Positions 19,521-31,293 are shown, counted from the first letter of the stretch. The stretch: 64,000 nt of DNA from an uncultured Verrucomicrobiae bacterium (GCA_963803285.1 CAWDMG010000006.1:34456-98455), one strand, 5' to 3'. Notes: a model not told the origin generated them from the letters alone. Made by a program: numbers and translations.

Positions 19521-19937
19521 TCATTTCGGTTCTGCTTTGGTGGCGATACCGACCTTGGTGATTCCCGCGCGTTGCAATGCGTCCATCACTCCGATCAATT
19601 TTTGCACCGGCAAATCGCGATCGGGTCGAATCACAATGGCGATATCCGGATTCGTCTGTTTTAACTGCACCAACTGCGTCGTCAGAGTTTCCAGGTCCAT
19701 CACCTGATTATTGAACCGGATCGTGTCGGCGCGATCGATTGAGACCGTTTGCACATGCGACGCGTTGATGGGGGGATTCTTCGTGGCGCTGGATGGGATC
19801 ACCAGGTTCATACTGCTTTCCAGCAACGGCGTAGTGATCATGAATATGATGAGCAGCACAAAAGCGAGATCTAGCAGCGGCGTGATATTGATCTCGCTCA
19901 ACGTGGAGAGATTCTGGCGCTGCGAGTAACGTCTCAT
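19521..19937 (-). CDS. exbD: biopolymer transport protein ExbD/TolR
   Basis: INITPLLDLAFVLLIIFMITTP plus a periplasmic domain. Lies immediately downstream of exbB. Confidence 0.9.
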   Translation of the reverse strand: MRRYSQRQNLSTLSEINITPLLDLAFVLLIIFMITTPLLESSMNLVIPSSATKNPPINASHVQTVSIDRADTIRFNNQVMDLETLTTQLVQLKQTNPDIAIVIRPDRDLPVQKLIGVMDALQRAGITKVGIATKAEPK

Positions 19938-20054
19938 CGTCCATCTGTCGACGTCCGAAGCGAAGTCGAGTTGGACGCCGAAAAACATTTGCAGAAAACG
20001 CCGAACGGTTAGTCGCCGGATGTCTCGAATGCCGAACTCAAGGAAGCATGACAA

Positions 20055-20813
20055 TCATCTGCGAAAGGCAGATTCCCGCGAACCGTGATCGACGTATTTG
20101 TGCTCAAATTCGGAGGCGAGTTCGGCCGCGAAGTTGTCCATCTCCACGATGATCGCGCGAATGCTGGTAACGAGAAAGTTGTAACCAAACATTGCTGGAA
20201 TCGCGACACACAGCGCCGTCACGGTTGTTATCAATGCGCCAGATACGCCAGGCGCCATCGCGACGAGATTGGGCGACCCTGCTTCCGCCACCCCAACGAA
20301 CGCGTCCATCACGCCCCAGACCGTGCCGAGCAATCCGAGAAAAGGCGAACCGCTCACTGCGGTAGCAAGCAGAATCATCTGCGACTCGAGCGAAAGCGCT
20401 GTCTCGCCCACTGCGCGCTCCATGGCGACGTTGACCGCTCCCATTTGCGCCGGTGAAATCTTGTCAGCGATTTCAAGGCGAGCGCGAAAGGTGCCATCGA
20501 CTTCGGACGACCCTAGCAAATGGAACGTCATTTCCTCACACCCTGCTCGATACACATTGAAAACGGGTGCGCCGGGAAAGCGCGCGTTTTTCTCAAACAG
20601 ACGAAGTGGCTGCCGGTCTTTGTGAAAAGCAGCGAGGAAACGCGCGTTCTGTCTCCGAGCAAAACGAATCACGCGCAATTTCGTGATCATGATCGACCAA
20701 CTGAAGATCGATGCGACCGCAAGAAGAGTGAGAACGATTTTGCCCGCGATTGTCGCGTGATCGAACGCAAACAGCAGACCGCCGCCAGCCGCTACGATTT
20801 CCGGAACGAGCAT
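20055..20813 (-). CDS. exbB: MotA/TolQ/ExbB proton channel protein
   Basis: 252 aa. The conserved C-terminal region SGSPFLGLLGTVWGVMDAF...ALITTVTALCVAIPAMFGYNFL. Confidence 0.9.
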   Translation of the reverse strand: MLVPEIVAAGGGLLFAFDHATIAGKIVLTLLAVASIFSWSIMITKLRVIRFARRQNARFLAAFHKDRQPLRLFEKNARFPGAPVFNVYRAGCEEMTFHLLGSSEVDGTFRARLEIADKISPAQMGAVNVAMERAVGETALSLESQMILLATAVSGSPFLGLLGTVWGVMDAFVGVAEAGSPNLVAMAPGVSGALITTVTALCVAIPAMFGYNFLVTSIRAIIVEMDNFAAELASEFEHKYVDHGSRESAFRR

Positions 20814-20868
20814 TCCCGAGTCACCGCCCTAGTAATAACGCACTCAGACAAAAGCGCCACCTAAAACG

Positions 20869-21007
20869 TTGTCCTCCTGAGCAAAGCGAAGCGGAGTCGA
20901 AGGATCCCGCGGAATTATGCGATACGTTTTGCAACGGGATTGAAAGCCTGGCCTCGCCCCGAAAGCTTTCAGGGCTGCGTTGCAGCCTCGACTTTGCTCG
21001 GAATGAC
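20869..21007. mobile_element. MITE-like family A, long form (copy 2, inverted relative to copy 1)
   Basis: Its reverse complement aligns with 4845-4980 (GTCATTCCGAGC..GTCGAGGCTGCAACGCAGCCC.GAA.GCTTTCGGGGC..GGCCAGGCTTTCAATC). It abuts the lgt stop codon. Confidence 0.8.
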
Positions 21008-21975
21008 TATTTCCTAGTCGGAAACGTCGGATGTCTCTTCGCCGCCACGATAAATGCGGCGCCAATCACAATCAGGAAAAACGAAAAGAATTGGCCGCGC
21101 GTGAACGTTCCGATCAGTTCGGCATCGGGCTCGCGGAAGTTTTCGATCACGATTCTAAAGATCGCGTAGCAGATGAAAAACAGTCCGGTCAGAACGCCGT
21201 TTGGTTGGCGCGTGCGCGTCCGCACAAACCACAAAATTGCGAACAACGCGATGCCCTCGAAAAATGCTTCGTAAAGCTGCGACGGGTGGCGCGGCGACAG
21301 AATCGAGCGTAACGCGTTTGCGATCTCTGGCTGACTGCGCACCGCGCCGATGATCGCATCCGGTGTGTTCAACGACGGATCGATTCTCGCACACGCTGCG
21401 ACTGCGCGTTCAGCTTCCTGCGGATGATCGAACAATTCCTTCGGAAATTGCATGGCCCAGGGAACATTGGCGATTCGCCCGTACAGCTCGCCATTAATGA
21501 AATTGGCGCATCGTCCAAAGAACAATCCCAGCGGGGCGGTTACGACCAGATTGTCGCCGAGGTTCAGCCACGAAATTTTGTGACGGCGCGCGTAGTAAAG
21601 TGTGAACAGCAATAGGCCCACCATCCCTCCGTGACTCGACATTCCGCCTTCCCAAACGCGCAAGATCGACAATGGCTCGCGCAACATTTCCGGCTTGTAG
21701 AAGAAAACATAGCCGAGACGCCCGCCAACAATCACGCCGAATAACGCGCAGCCGGTGATGAAATCGCCTACGCGTTGCGGCGGCAGATCGGCGTATCCGC
21801 GCTTGGACAGCCAGAGGAAAAGAAAATAGCTCGATACAAACGCCAGCACATAAGCGAGCCCATACCATCGCGGCCCGACGTTGTCGTAGATCCGGAAAAT
21901 GATCGGATCGAGATTGTGGAGATAGTAGGCGAACATTTGCGCCGCGATTGTGGGCGACGTTCTCGATTTGCGCAA
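21007..21975 (-). CDS. lgt: prolipoprotein diacylglyceryl transferase
   Basis: Lgt motifs WYGLAYVLAF, GGRLGYVFFY, SSHGGMVG and GRCANFINGELYGR. The true start may be the ATG at 21936. Confidence 0.92.
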   Translation of the reverse strand: MRKSRTSPTIAAQMFAYYLHNLDPIIFRIYDNVGPRWYGLAYVLAFVSSYFLFLWLSKRGYADLPPQRVGDFITGCALFGVIVGGRLGYVFFYKPEMLREPLSILRVWEGGMSSHGGMVGLLLFTLYYARRHKISWLNLGDNLVVTAPLGLFFGRCANFINGELYGRIANVPWAMQFPKELFDHPQEAERAVAACARIDPSLNTPDAIIGAVRSQPEIANALRSILSPRHPSQLYEAFFEGIALFAILWFVRTRTRQPNGVLTGLFFICYAIFRIVIENFREPDAELIGTFTRGQFFSFFLIVIGAAFIVAAKRHPTFPTRK

Positions 21976-21980
21976 TCAAA

Positions 21981-22036
21981 CTGTAGCCGCTTCGCTGCGC
22001 TAGACGCCCGCGTCGCCCACAGGGCGACGGCTACAG
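21981..22036. repeat. REPIN-like doublet, CTGTAGCCGTCGCCCTGTGGGCGAC family
   Basis: Both ends read CTGTAGCC inward. The same family occurs at 31213-31287. The minus-strand GTAG head (22031-22034) contains the uvrA stop TAG. Confidence 0.8.
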
Positions 22037-24832
22037 AACACGAGAGCTGTTCAAAACCTTTCGCAAAAAAGGTGCGGTGCGGCTGACACGATTTTTCGCC
22101 ACTTGTTCCGGCGTTCCGCAGACGACCACTTGCCCGCCGGCTTTACCCGCTTCCGGCCCGAGATCGAGAATGTAGTCGGCTTCAGCGATCACACTAAGAT
22201 TGTGTTCGATGACAATGACGGTGTTTCCTTCGTCAACGAGCCGATGCAGCACGTTAAGGAGCAATTCAATGTCTGCCATGTGCAGTCCGATGGTCGGTTC
22301 CTCGAGCAAATACAATGTCGATCCGGGCTTGCGCATTTTTCGGATCCGCTCGTCCGCTGCACGACTGACACCGCGTTTCAGTTGCGTCACCAGCTTGAGG
22401 CGTTGCGCTTCGCCGCCGCTCAAGGTGGGACTGGGTTGTCCGAGCTTCAGATACCCAAGACCGGTGTCGACCAGGAGCGAAAGTGGACGGGCGATTTTCG
22501 GATGCGCTGAAAAGAATTGCGCGGCCTCTTCGATGGTCATTTCCATCACGTCGCCGATGGATTTCTCGTTGTAGAGAACCTCCAGCGTCTGCGGATTGTA
22601 GCGGCGGCCCTGGCAATCTTCACACGAGACATAACTGCTGGGGAGAAAATTCATCTCTAGCTTGATCACGCCCTGGCCTTTGCACGTCTCGCAGCGGCCG
22701 CCTTCGGCATTAAACGAGAATCGGCTCGCCGAATAGCCGCGCATCCGTGACACGGGAAGTTGTGCGTAAAGATTTCGGATCTCGTCGAACACTTTCACGT
22801 AGGTTCCCGGCGTCGAGCGCGAGGTCTTTCCGATCGGCGACTGATCGACTTCGTACACGGTTTCGATGCCGTTCGCAGTCCGGGGAGCGCACGCTTTTAG
22901 CGTGCTGGTTGCCGCATTTTGCGGCAACGAACTTTTCTTTCTTCCTAACTTATCGTCCCATAGGCGCAATTGGGAAGTTCGTGAAGGCAGAATGCCTTCA
23001 CCAGCACGCGAGACGCGCGCGCTCCCCAGACTCGCCGTGACCGCCGGCAGTAATACTTCATGCATTAGTGTCGATTTGCCCGAGCCCGAAATTCCTGTAA
23101 TGACCGAAAGCCGGCTGATCGGGAAACGCACATCGATGTTCTTCAAATTGTTCGCGCGCGCCCCATGAATCTCAATCCAGTTTTCGACATTGCGCAGCGA
23201 GCGACGCGATCCCCGGATTGGATGACACAGCGGTGATTTCAAGCAACGCGCGGTTTCGGAATTTGGATTTTTCTGGACATCGCTCAGCGTTCCGCTTGCC
23301 ACCACCTCGCCTCCGTGAATTCCCGCGCGCGGCCCTAGATCCACGATATAATCGGCGCGCCGCATCGTTTCTTCGTCGTGCTCGACCACGATCAATGAGT
23401 TACCTTTGTTCCGTAGCGTTGTGAGCGTTTCGAGCAAGCGCTGATTATCGCGAGGATGCAAACCAATCGTGGGCTCGTCGAGTACGTAAAGCACGCCGCG
23501 CAAATTTGAGCCCAGTTGCGCAGCCAAACGGATTCGCTGCGATTCACCGCCGCTCAATGTTTTCGCGGAACGCCCTAGCGCGAGATAACCGAGTCCGACG
23601 GTCTCCATGAAACGTAGTCGTTGTTCAATTTCGGGAATGAGACCGGCAGCTACCGTCTGATCTCGCCCTTTGAATCCAAGTTTCCCGATCGCGCGCGCTG
23701 CTTCGCCCGCCGAGAGATCCGTGAATTGATCGATCGTATAGCCCTGCACGCGCACATGCCGCGCCGCCGCGTTCAAACGCGAACCGTGACAACTTGGACA
23801 TTCGCGCGCTTCACTTTCGTCGATCCATTCGGATTCGCGTTCGGCCGCCAACTCGCTTTCCAGAACAGATTCGCCATCGCGGTTCGCTCCCGTTTGCAAA
23901 TCGCGGTCCCAAATTTCGCCGAACCCGCCGCATTCTTCGCACATTCCATGAGGTGAATTAAACGAGAACAAACGCGGATCGAGTTCCTCAAATGCGCGGC
24001 CGCAATTCGGGCAACTCATCTCGGTGCTCACGACCGTAAGGCGATTTCTTGAATCAAGCAGACGCGCTGTGCCTCGGCCAATCTCAAGGGCGCGTCGGGT
24101 AATCTCGCGAGCAGCAGCGATTCGCCGCCGATCGATCACGCCCACCACCACGTCAATGCTGTGTTCCTTGAAACGCTCCAGTTTCCGAAATTGCGCGACT
24201 GGAACGAGCTTTCCGTCCACATAAAGAGTGTCGAATCCCTGGCGCTCCGCCCAGCGCGCTACGTCGGTGTGAAAACCTTTTCGCGCTTTCACCAGCGGCG
24301 CGAGGATCTTCAGGGGACCGCGTTTCGCAGCCGTCTCGATCTGTTTCACGATGGACGCCGCACTCTGTTTTTCCACAGGCAAATCACAGTCAGGGCAAAA
24401 CTGCGTTCCGGTTTTTGCGAACAAGAGGCGAAGGAAATGGTAAACCTCCGTAACCGTCGCGACCGTCGATTTGCCTCCGCCACGAGTCACGCGTTGCTCG
24501 ATGGCGACGGTCGGGGGCAATCCGCTGACCAGATCAACATCTGGTTTTTCGAGTTGCTCCACGAATTGCCGCGCATACGGCGACATGCTGTCGAGGAATC
24601 GGCGTTGTCCCTCGGCAAATAGGATGTCGAACGCGACCGTCGATTTCCCGGAGCCACTTAATCCGGTGATGACGACTAGTTGTTCCCGCGGGATTTTCAG
24701 ATCGATGTTTTTGAGGTTGTGCTCGCGTGCGCCGTGCACATGAATCGCGCCGTTCGTTTTTGCATTGGGGAGCGCGGGCGCCTCGCCCGCTCCGTTCGAC
24801 GCGTCGTCGAATGGTTCTTCAGCCGCGCGCAA
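22031..24832 (-). CDS. uvrA: excinuclease ABC subunit A
   Basis: 933-aa ORF with both ABC modules ([26 protein letters not shown]) and zinc fingers. The first ~31 codons are read from a REP element, so an in-frame GTG at 24739 ([14 protein letters not shown]) is the more likely start. Confidence 0.95.
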   Translation of the reverse strand: MRAAEEPFDDASNGAGEAPALPNAKTNGAIHVHGAREHNLKNIDLKIPREQLVVITGLSGSGKSTVAFDILFAEGQRRFLDSMSPYARQFVEQLEKPDVDLVSGLPPTVAIEQRVTRGGGKSTVATVTEVYHFLRLLFAKTGTQFCPDCDLPVEKQSAASIVKQIETAAKRGPLKILAPLVKARKGFHTDVARWAERQGFDTLYVDGKLVPVAQFRKLERFKEHSIDVVVGVIDRRRIAAAREITRRALEIGRGTARLLDSRNRLTVVSTEMSCPNCGRAFEELDPRLFSFNSPHGMCEECGGFGEIWDRDLQTGANRDGESVLESELAAERESEWIDESEARECPSCHGSRLNAAARHVRVQGYTIDQFTDLSAGEAARAIGKLGFKGRDQTVAAGLIPEIEQRLRFMETVGLGYLALGRSAKTLSGGESQRIRLAAQLGSNLRGVLYVLDEPTIGLHPRDNQRLLETLTTLRNKGNSLIVVEHDEETMRRADYIVDLGPRAGIHGGEVVASGTLSDVQKNPNSETARCLKSPLCHPIRGSRRSLRNVENWIEIHGARANNLKNIDVRFPISRLSVITGISGSGKSTLMHEVLLPAVTASLGSARVSRAGEGILPSRTSQLRLWDDKLGRKKSSLPQNAATSTLKACAPRTANGIETVYEVDQSPIGKTSRSTPGTYVKVFDEIRNLYAQLPVSRMRGYSASRFSFNAEGGRCETCKGQGVIKLEMNFLPSSYVSCEDCQGRRYNPQTLEVLYNEKSIGDVMEMTIEEAAQFFSAHPKIARPLSLLVDTGLGYLKLGQPSPTLSGGEAQRLKLVTQLKRGVSRAADERIRKMRKPGSTLYLLEEPTIGLHMADIELLLNVLHRLVDEGNTVIVIEHNLSVIAEADYILDLGPEAGKAGGQVVVCGTPEQVAKNRVSRTAPFLRKVLNSSRVL
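22882..23027. repeat. GGGGAGCGC-terminated palindromic element inserted in frame inside uvrA
   Basis: GGGGAGCGCACGC ... GCGCGCGCTCCCC termini of the same style as 28202-28364. It encodes [15 protein letters not shown]...LKACAP between the second Walker A and the DQSPIG motif. Confidence 0.7.
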
Positions 24833-24920
24833 CGCGAATTCGTTTAGTCATCCGCGTAAAGATGCTGTGAGGTCCGAGGCGAGCCGCCTGGAACTGCGGG
24901 CGGGGCGCCCGCGCTCCCCA
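24764..24920. repeat. REPIN-like doublet (ATTGGGGAGCGCGGGCGCCTCGCCCGC / inverted partner) spanning the uvrA-paralog/uvrA junction
   Basis: The left arm at 24764-24793 and right arm at 24896-24920 are inverted copies of the arms of the 26089-26200 element. Confidence 0.7.
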
Positions 24921-25339
24921 GAACTTGCGCGAGAAACTTTCCGGTATGCGAGTTCTCGGCTTGCGCAATTTCTTCGGGCGTTCCGGTGGCGACGACTTCA
25001 CCACCCGCATCACCAGCTTCGGGACCGAGATCGACGATCCAATCGGCGCTCTTAATCACCTCCAGATTGTGCTCGATCACCACGAGCGAATGCCCGCGAT
25101 CCACAAGGCGCTGAAATAATTGCAGCAGCATTGCCACGTCGTCGAAATGCAGTCCCGTGGTTGGCTCGTCGAAGATGAACAAATTGCGGGTGCCGGAAGC
25201 GTCCGACAAATGTCCGACTAGCTTCAGCCGCTGCGATTCGCCGCCGGACAGGGTGTTCAACGGCTGGCCCAACCGCAAATAACCAAGCCCAACTTCTTCG
25301 AGCACTTTGAGGCCCTTAGAAATCTGCGTGTACGGATCG

Positions 25340-25418
25340 ACCCTCACCTGCGCGCTTCGCATCCGCCTCTCGGCGCTCTTCCCAGCCGCGATCCCGGCCT
25401 GAGGATTGAGGTGAGGGT
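25340..25418. mobile_element. 79-bp element with perfect 10-bp terminal inverted repeats (ACCCTCACCT/AGGTGAGGGT) interrupting the uvrA paralog
   Basis: Removing exactly these 79 nt joins the two frames to give ...[40 protein letters not shown]. Confidence 0.7.
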
Positions 25419-26088
25419 GTTCCATCGATCTGCTGTTCTGCGATTCCACCAAAAAAATGGATGGCTTCACTGACCGTGAGTTCAAGGACGTCGTGAATCG
25501 ATTTGCCGTGCAGGCGCACCTTCAGCACGTGCGGCTGGAAACGTTTGCCTTCGCATTCTGCGCAGCGCACATAAAGGTCGCTCAAGAATTGCATCTCGAT
25601 CTTTTCGTAGCCTGTGCCCGAGCAACGTTCGCAACGTCCGTTGCCAGAGTTAAATGAAAAGGCGCCTGCGGTCAGTCCCTGCGCCATCGCCTCCGGTTGT
25701 TTGGCGAACAATTCGCGGACTTGATCAAACAAACCGAGATAAAGAATCGGAGTTGAACGCGGGGTGCGAGCAAGCAGTGACTGATCCACCATCACGACAT
25801 CGCCTATTCGGTGCGTGCCAGTGATCGATTTGCATGTGCCCGGCTCCTGATCTGAGGATTGTCCCTTGGCGCGCAGCAGATTCCGGTACAACACATCGTG
25901 AATCAGAGTGGATTTTCCGGAACCAGACACTCCAGTTACACACGTAAAGACGCCGAGCGGCAACTCGACGTCGATGTTTTTCAGGTTGTGCTGTCGCGCG
26001 CCGCGGATCTTGATCGAAGAAGTCCAGGTTCGTCGCGATTTCGGAAGCGGGATGGACTTACGCCTCGTAAGATAATCGCGCGTTAAGG

Positions 26089-26200
26089 ATTGGGGAGCGA
26101 CGGGCGCCCTCGCCCGCTGTTTTTGGCGCCTCGCCAAAAGCTTTGCCGGCTGGCCCGCGAGGCGCGTGCCAGTGCGGGCGAGGCGCCCGCGCTCCCCAAT
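26089..26200. mobile_element. REPIN-like element (TGGGGAGCG...CGCTCCCCA, 108 bp) flanked by AT/AT, interrupting the uvrA paralog
   Basis: Perfect 11-12 bp terminal inverted repeats. Removing 110 nt (the element plus one AT) restores the frame to ...NDFLPRDRLRSLTRDYLTRRKSIPLPK. Confidence 0.75.
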
Positions 26201-27598
26201 CGCAAACGATCACGCGGGAGGAAATCATTTAACGAGCCATTCCAAACCAAGCCTCCGCCGTGCTCGCCGCGACCCGGGCCTAGATCGATCAAATTGTCCG
26301 CTGCGCGGATGATTTGTTCTTCGTGCTCGACAACCAGCAAGGTGTTGCCTTTGTCGCGGAGATTGTGCATCACGCGCACCAATTGACCAACATCGCGCGG
26401 ATGTAATCCAATGCTCGGTTCATCCATCACAAAAAGCGTGTTTGCCAGCGAAGCGCCGAGACACGTGGTAAGATTTACGCGCTGCACTTCACCGCCGCTC
26501 AACGTGCGCGTAGACCGGTCGAGCGTGAGATAACCAACGCCCACCTCGCAGAGGTAGTTGAGACGTGCGCAAATTTCGTCGCCCAACATCTGCGCTGTTT
26601 TGTCACCAGGCGAACATTCGATCGCTCGCAGAAGATCACGAGCGTCGGAAATCGAGAGCGCCTGAAACTGAGGCAGGGTTAAGGTAGCGCATTCCTCCGG
26701 CTTGCGATTTCTTCCATTCGCAACCGAGACGGTCTCGCTAGTAATCCTATAATTTAGTGCTTCGGGTTGGTAACGGCCCCCATTGCATTTAGGACAGGTG
26801 ACGTACGCGCGGTAACGGCTGAGCAAGACTCGCACGTGCATTTTGTAAGTCTTGCTTTCCAGCCAACGAAAAAAACCGCGCACTCCATACCAGCGATCAT
26901 CCTCGTAATCTTCGTCGGTGTATTCGGCCTGATCGCCTCTCTCCTTCGACTACGAAATCCTGATCGGCCTTGGGTAATTCCTCGAACGGCACATTAATAT
27001 CGATGTCTTCGCGGGCGCACGCGCGGAGCAAATCCTTCTGTGATTCACCAAACTCGACGCCGCGAAAAACGCGCACCACGCCTTGTTTAATGTTGAGGCT
27101 GCGGTCGGGGATCGCTTTGTTTAGATCAATCGCGATCGTTCGGCCGAAGCCGCGACAGTCCGGACATGCCCCCAGCGGATTATTAAAACTGAAAAGGCCG
27201 ACCGTGGGCGGACGAATGTCCAAATCGCACCAGGCACAGTGCCACCCGGTCGAGAAGGGGAGAACCGTAGTGGTGGCGCTGTCGGTCGCGGTCTTTGAGG
27301 TTGCAGGCGATACACCTGCCTCCACAGGAATCACGTTTACCTGACCTTTGCCAAAGCGCAGCGCGGTCTCGATTGCTTCGACCAATCGTGTGCGATTTTC
27401 CCCAGTGATCGCGATGCGATCCTGAACGACCTGCACACGCGCGCCGAGTCGTTTGATTTTTGGATTCGGGTCGTCCACGCGCACGACTTTGTTGTCGATC
27501 CAAACGCGCAGGTAGCCCTGCTGCTGGAGGAAATCGAAGAACTTCCGTGGCTCCGTTCCCGAGGGCACTGCGACCCAGAAGGTGATCAATACAACCGC

Positions 27599-27694
27599 GC
27601 TGTCATCCTGAGCGAAGCGCAGCGGTGTCGAAGGATCCCGCGAAGTAACCATTGGGTTTCGCGACGGGATTTCTCGACTTCGCTCGAAATGACA
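27599..27694. mobile_element. MITE-like family A, short form (copy 3), 96 bp, in frame inside the uvrA paralog
   Basis: CTGTCATCCTGAGCGAAGCGCAGCGG...CTCGACTTCGCTCGAAATGACAG. It is translated as FCHFERSREIPSRNPMVTSRDPSTPLRFAQDDS within ORF 26897-28162. Confidence 0.8.
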
Positions 27695-27812
27695 GAATAC
27701 TTGCTCGGCAATCGACTGCGCTGTTTCCGATCGAATTTCACGATCACAATTAGGACAGAACGCGTGCGCAATGCGGGGCCAGAAAAGTTTGAGGTAATCA
27801 TTGATCTCCGTC

Positions 27813-27844
<32 letters not shown>

Positions 27845-28201
27845 GGGGTTTGACTGCTCAATGGCGATTGCGGGCGGGATGCCGCGGATGTCGTCAACGC
27901 GCGGCTTGTCCATTCGATCCAGGAACTGCCGCATGTATGGACTGAAAGTTTCGACGTAACGTCGCTGGCCTTCAGCGTAAATCGTTTGAAACGCCAGACT
28001 CGATTTGCCACTGCCGCTCGGGCCTGTAATGACCGTCAATTTTCCCAGCGGAAGATCGACGTCGATCCCTTTGAGATTGTTCTGGCGCGCGCCGCGAATT
28101 TCGATGCAATCATTCTGCGCCGGAGTGATAACCCGCTCTTTGTTCCCGATCTTCGAACCCACTGGAGACAGTCCCAGATCGCCGCTCGCTTCGCAAATTT
28201 T

Positions 28202-28364
28202 CCGGGGAGCTCACGCCGCTGGCGTGCTCCGGTCGGCCGCTGGCCGAACGGTTCAGAAGCGTGGCAAATCCGGTGTTGATGTTCCGCACCTATATGGCTC
28301 AGCAAAACCTTGAAGATTTCGGCCGGCGGCCGAAAGCGACACGCGGGCCGCGTGCGCTCCCCGG
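28202..28364. repeat. GGGGAGC-terminated palindromic element between the uvrA-paralog start and the pckG stop
   Basis: CCGGGGAGCTCACGC ... GCGTGCGCTCCCCGG termini. It is read through by the frameshifted pckG ORF. Confidence 0.7.
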
Positions 28365-28379
28365 AAGCGTGCAGCGTCG

Positions 28380-30184
28380 TTACAGGTCGAACCCTGCAGC
28401 CAGTCGCTCGCGCCGTTTTTGCAACTCTTCCGGCACCACCCGCCTAACGAATCGAAAAATTCTTTGTGCGCAGCGATCTCTTTTTGCCATTCTTCGTGAT
28501 CGAGGCCAAGGAGTTCGTCAACGGCATTGTGATCGATGTCGAGCTCGGCAAGGTCGAGATCGTGCGGGCTGGGCAGCCAACCGATCGGCGATTTGAGTGC
28601 GCCGCCGCTTCCTTCGCACCGGTCGACGATCCATTTGAGCACGCGCATGTTTTCACCGAAACCGGGCCAGAGGAATTTTCCGTCCGCGCCTTTGCGAAAC
28701 CAATTCACGTTAAAAATCAGCGGAGGATTGGTGAGCCGCTTTCCGATGTCCAGCCAGTGCTGAAAATAATCGCCGATGTTGTATCCGCAGAAGGGCAGCA
28801 TCGCCATTGGATCGCGTCGCACTCGCCCTACGGCACCGGTCGCGGCGGCGGTGGTTTCCGACGCCATGGTCGCGCCTAAATATACGCCGTGATTCCAATC
28901 GAACGCTTGATAAACCAACGGCACAGTATCGCTGCGGCGGCCACCGAAAATGATCGCGCTGATCGGCACGCCTTCACCTTTCTCGAAGTCGGAGTCTAGC
29001 GCCGGGTTGTTGCGCATCGGCGTGGTGAACCGGCTATTCGGGTGCGCAGCTTTTTCTTTTGATTGCGGTGTCCAGTCGTTTCCACGCCAATCAATCGCAT
29101 GTGCGGGCGGTTCGCCATCTTTGCCTTCCCACCATACGTCACCGTCGTCGGTGAGAGCTACGTTGGTATAAATCGTGTCGTGCGCGATCGATCGCATCGC
29201 GTTCGGATTCGATTTATGGCTCGTCCCGGGCACGACCCCGAAATAGCCGTTCTCCGGATTGACCGCGTACAAACGGCCGTCGCGAATTCGCATCCAACCG
29301 ATGTCATCCCCCACCGTAGTCACCTTCCAGCCTTTGAAATGCGCGGGCGGAATGAGCATCGCGAAATTCGTCTTGCCGCATGCGCTGGGAAATGCAGCAG
29401 CTACGTAGTGTTTGCGCCCTTCCGGCGATTCTACGCCGAGGATCAGCATGTGCTCCGCCATCCAACTTTGTTTGCGCGCCAGATATGAGCCGATACGCAA
29501 GGCGAGGCACTTTTTGCTTAACAAAACGTTGCCGCCGTAACCTGAGCCGACTGAGATGATCGTGTTGTCCTGCGGAAAGTGACAGATGAACCGGCGCTCA
29601 GGATTTACATCCAGCAATGAGTGCACGCCGCGGTTCCATTCTGCACTCGGATCATTGCCAAGCCGTTTGAGCGCAATCTCGCCCATGCGCGTCATAATCC
29701 TCAAGCTGAGCACGACATATTTGGAATCGGTGATCTCGAAACCGACCTTGGTCAGCGGCGAATCCACCGGGCCCATGATGTAGGGAATGACGAACATCGT
29801 GCGTCCGCGCATGGCGCCCCTGAGGAGCTCCCGAAGTTTCGCGTAGGTTTCTCCAGGCTCAGCCCAATTGTTTGTCGGCCCGGCTTCCTGTTTTGTTGGT
29901 GTGCAAACAAAAGTGAACTGTTCGACACGTGCGACGTCGTTCGGGTTCGACCGGTGCAAATACGAGCGCGGAACTTTCTTCTGGTTCAGTTCTATCAACA
30001 CGTTTTGCTTGAGCGACTCAGCGATCAGAAAGTCGTTCTCACGGGCCGAGCCGTCGCACCAAAAAATATTCTCGGGTTGTGTCAGGGTTGCGATCTCATG
30101 TACCCAATCGAGCACGGCTTTGTTGCCGGGCTTTGCATCACCGATCCCCTTGGGCGGGAATATGGCGGGCGCGAGATTCTTCAT
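28380..30184 (-). pseudogene. pckG: phosphoenolpyruvate carboxykinase (GTP), one base missing in a G run near 28439-28441
   Basis: GTP-PEPCK motifs (FPSACGKTN, WMRI, GGRR). After ...HKEFFDSLGG the natural ending VVPEELQKRRERLAAGFDL* is in the adjacent frame and stops at 28380. The length is 2 mod 3. Confidence 0.88.
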
Positions 30185-30357
30185 CGAACGAAACTGGCCA
30201 TTTTAACCATGAATCCGCCCTAGTCGAGGCTACGGCGTGACAGATCCACAACCGGTAAAGAGTTACAGAATCACGAAGCAGAAATACTGGCGAAGTTTGA
30301 AACGCAGCCTCTGTCGTTTCACTTGCACAAGCATAGCCCGCGGCATTAATTGAAAAC

Positions 30358-31218
30358 ATGTTCGGGGTGACCACGTCCGATGATTATCGGCCGGTTGCGT
30401 GGATGGGTCGATATCCTGTCGATGTAACCACGATGCTGGTCGGGATTCACGTGGTGGCTGCGATTCTCGCCGCGACTTTGGTAGCATTCGGAGCCGGCTC
30501 TGTTTTGCTTTGGGTGCAATTCGACAGTGCCGCGATCTGGTCCAGCGGCCAAGTGTGGCGGCTGTTTACCTATGCCTTCGTTCATGCCCCATCGGGGCTG
30601 CTTTGGTTCGCTATCGAGATGTACCTTCTGTTTGTGTTCGGGCGAGAAGTGGAACGTTTTCTGGGCCGGCGCGCGTACATCGCGCTCTATGCTTTTTTGC
30701 TGGTCACACCCGCAGCGCTACTGACGATCTGGGGACTTTGGGAACGGTGCGCAATCGCCGGTTCGCCCGCGTTGCACTTTGGAATTTTTGTTGCATTCGC
30801 GACCATTTATCCGCGCGTCGAATTGTTGCTGCGGATCCAGGCCAAGTGGGTCGCGCTAATTCTGGCTGCCATTTACACTCTTCAACTATTCGCCTATCAC
30901 GCCTGGAGCGATCTCGTGGTTGTATGGACAAGCGTCGGCGTTGCGTTTCTTTTCGTCGAACTGAATGGTGCCGGCCCGGAGCTCGCCTGGTGGAATGCGG
31001 TGAAAGCACGGTTCGCTTCACCGCCCAAGTATCACGTCCTTCCGAAACCACGAGCACGCACCAGCGGCAGCCGCTTAGAATCGGAAGACGTTTACACGTC
31101 CATCGATCCGATCCTCGACAAGATTTCCAAGTTTGGAATTGGAAGCCTCACCGCGAGCGAGCGGCGGCAGTTGGATCGCGAGCGCGAACGGTTGCTGAAA
31201 AATTCGAATAATCTGTAG
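30358..31218 (+). CDS. rhomboid-family intramembrane protease-like membrane protein
   Basis: 286 aa with 6-7 TM segments, a rhomboid-like YAFVHAPSGLLWFAIEMYLLFVFGREVER, and a soluble coiled C-terminal tail. Confidence 0.6.
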   Translation: MFGVTTSDDYRPVAWMGRYPVDVTTMLVGIHVVAAILAATLVAFGAGSVLLWVQFDSAAIWSSGQVWRLFTYAFVHAPSGLLWFAIEMYLLFVFGREVERFLGRRAYIALYAFLLVTPAALLTIWGLWERCAIAGSPALHFGIFVAFATIYPRVELLLRIQAKWVALILAAIYTLQLFAYHAWSDLVVVWTSVGVAFLFVELNGAGPELAWWNAVKARFASPPKYHVLPKPRARTSGSRLESEDVYTSIDPILDKISKFGIGSLTASERRQLDRERERLLKNSNNL

Positions 31219-31287
31219 CCGTCGCCCTGTGGGCGCGTCGCTTGGGCTGTTCAGTCCCGCGCTTAGGACAGCGAAGCTGCTACTGCG
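31213..31287. repeat. REPIN-like doublet, CTGTAGCCGTCGCCCTGTGGGCG family
   Basis: Same family as 21981-22036. Its GTAG head (31215-31218) contains the stop TAG of the rhomboid-like gene. Confidence 0.75.
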
Positions 31288-31293
31288 TCGGCG

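Noticed and set aside
28253-28379. C-terminal 42-residue extension of the PEPCK ORF
   Set aside because: It is read-through into a palindromic repeat after a 1-nt frame loss. The natural C-terminus (VVPEELQKRRERLAAGFDL*) is in the adjacent frame.
30399-31211. 270-aa plus-strand ORF in an alternative frame of the rhomboid-like gene
   Set aside because: It is Arg/Cys-rich with no TM or domain pattern. The overlapping frame encodes a coherent multi-TM protein.
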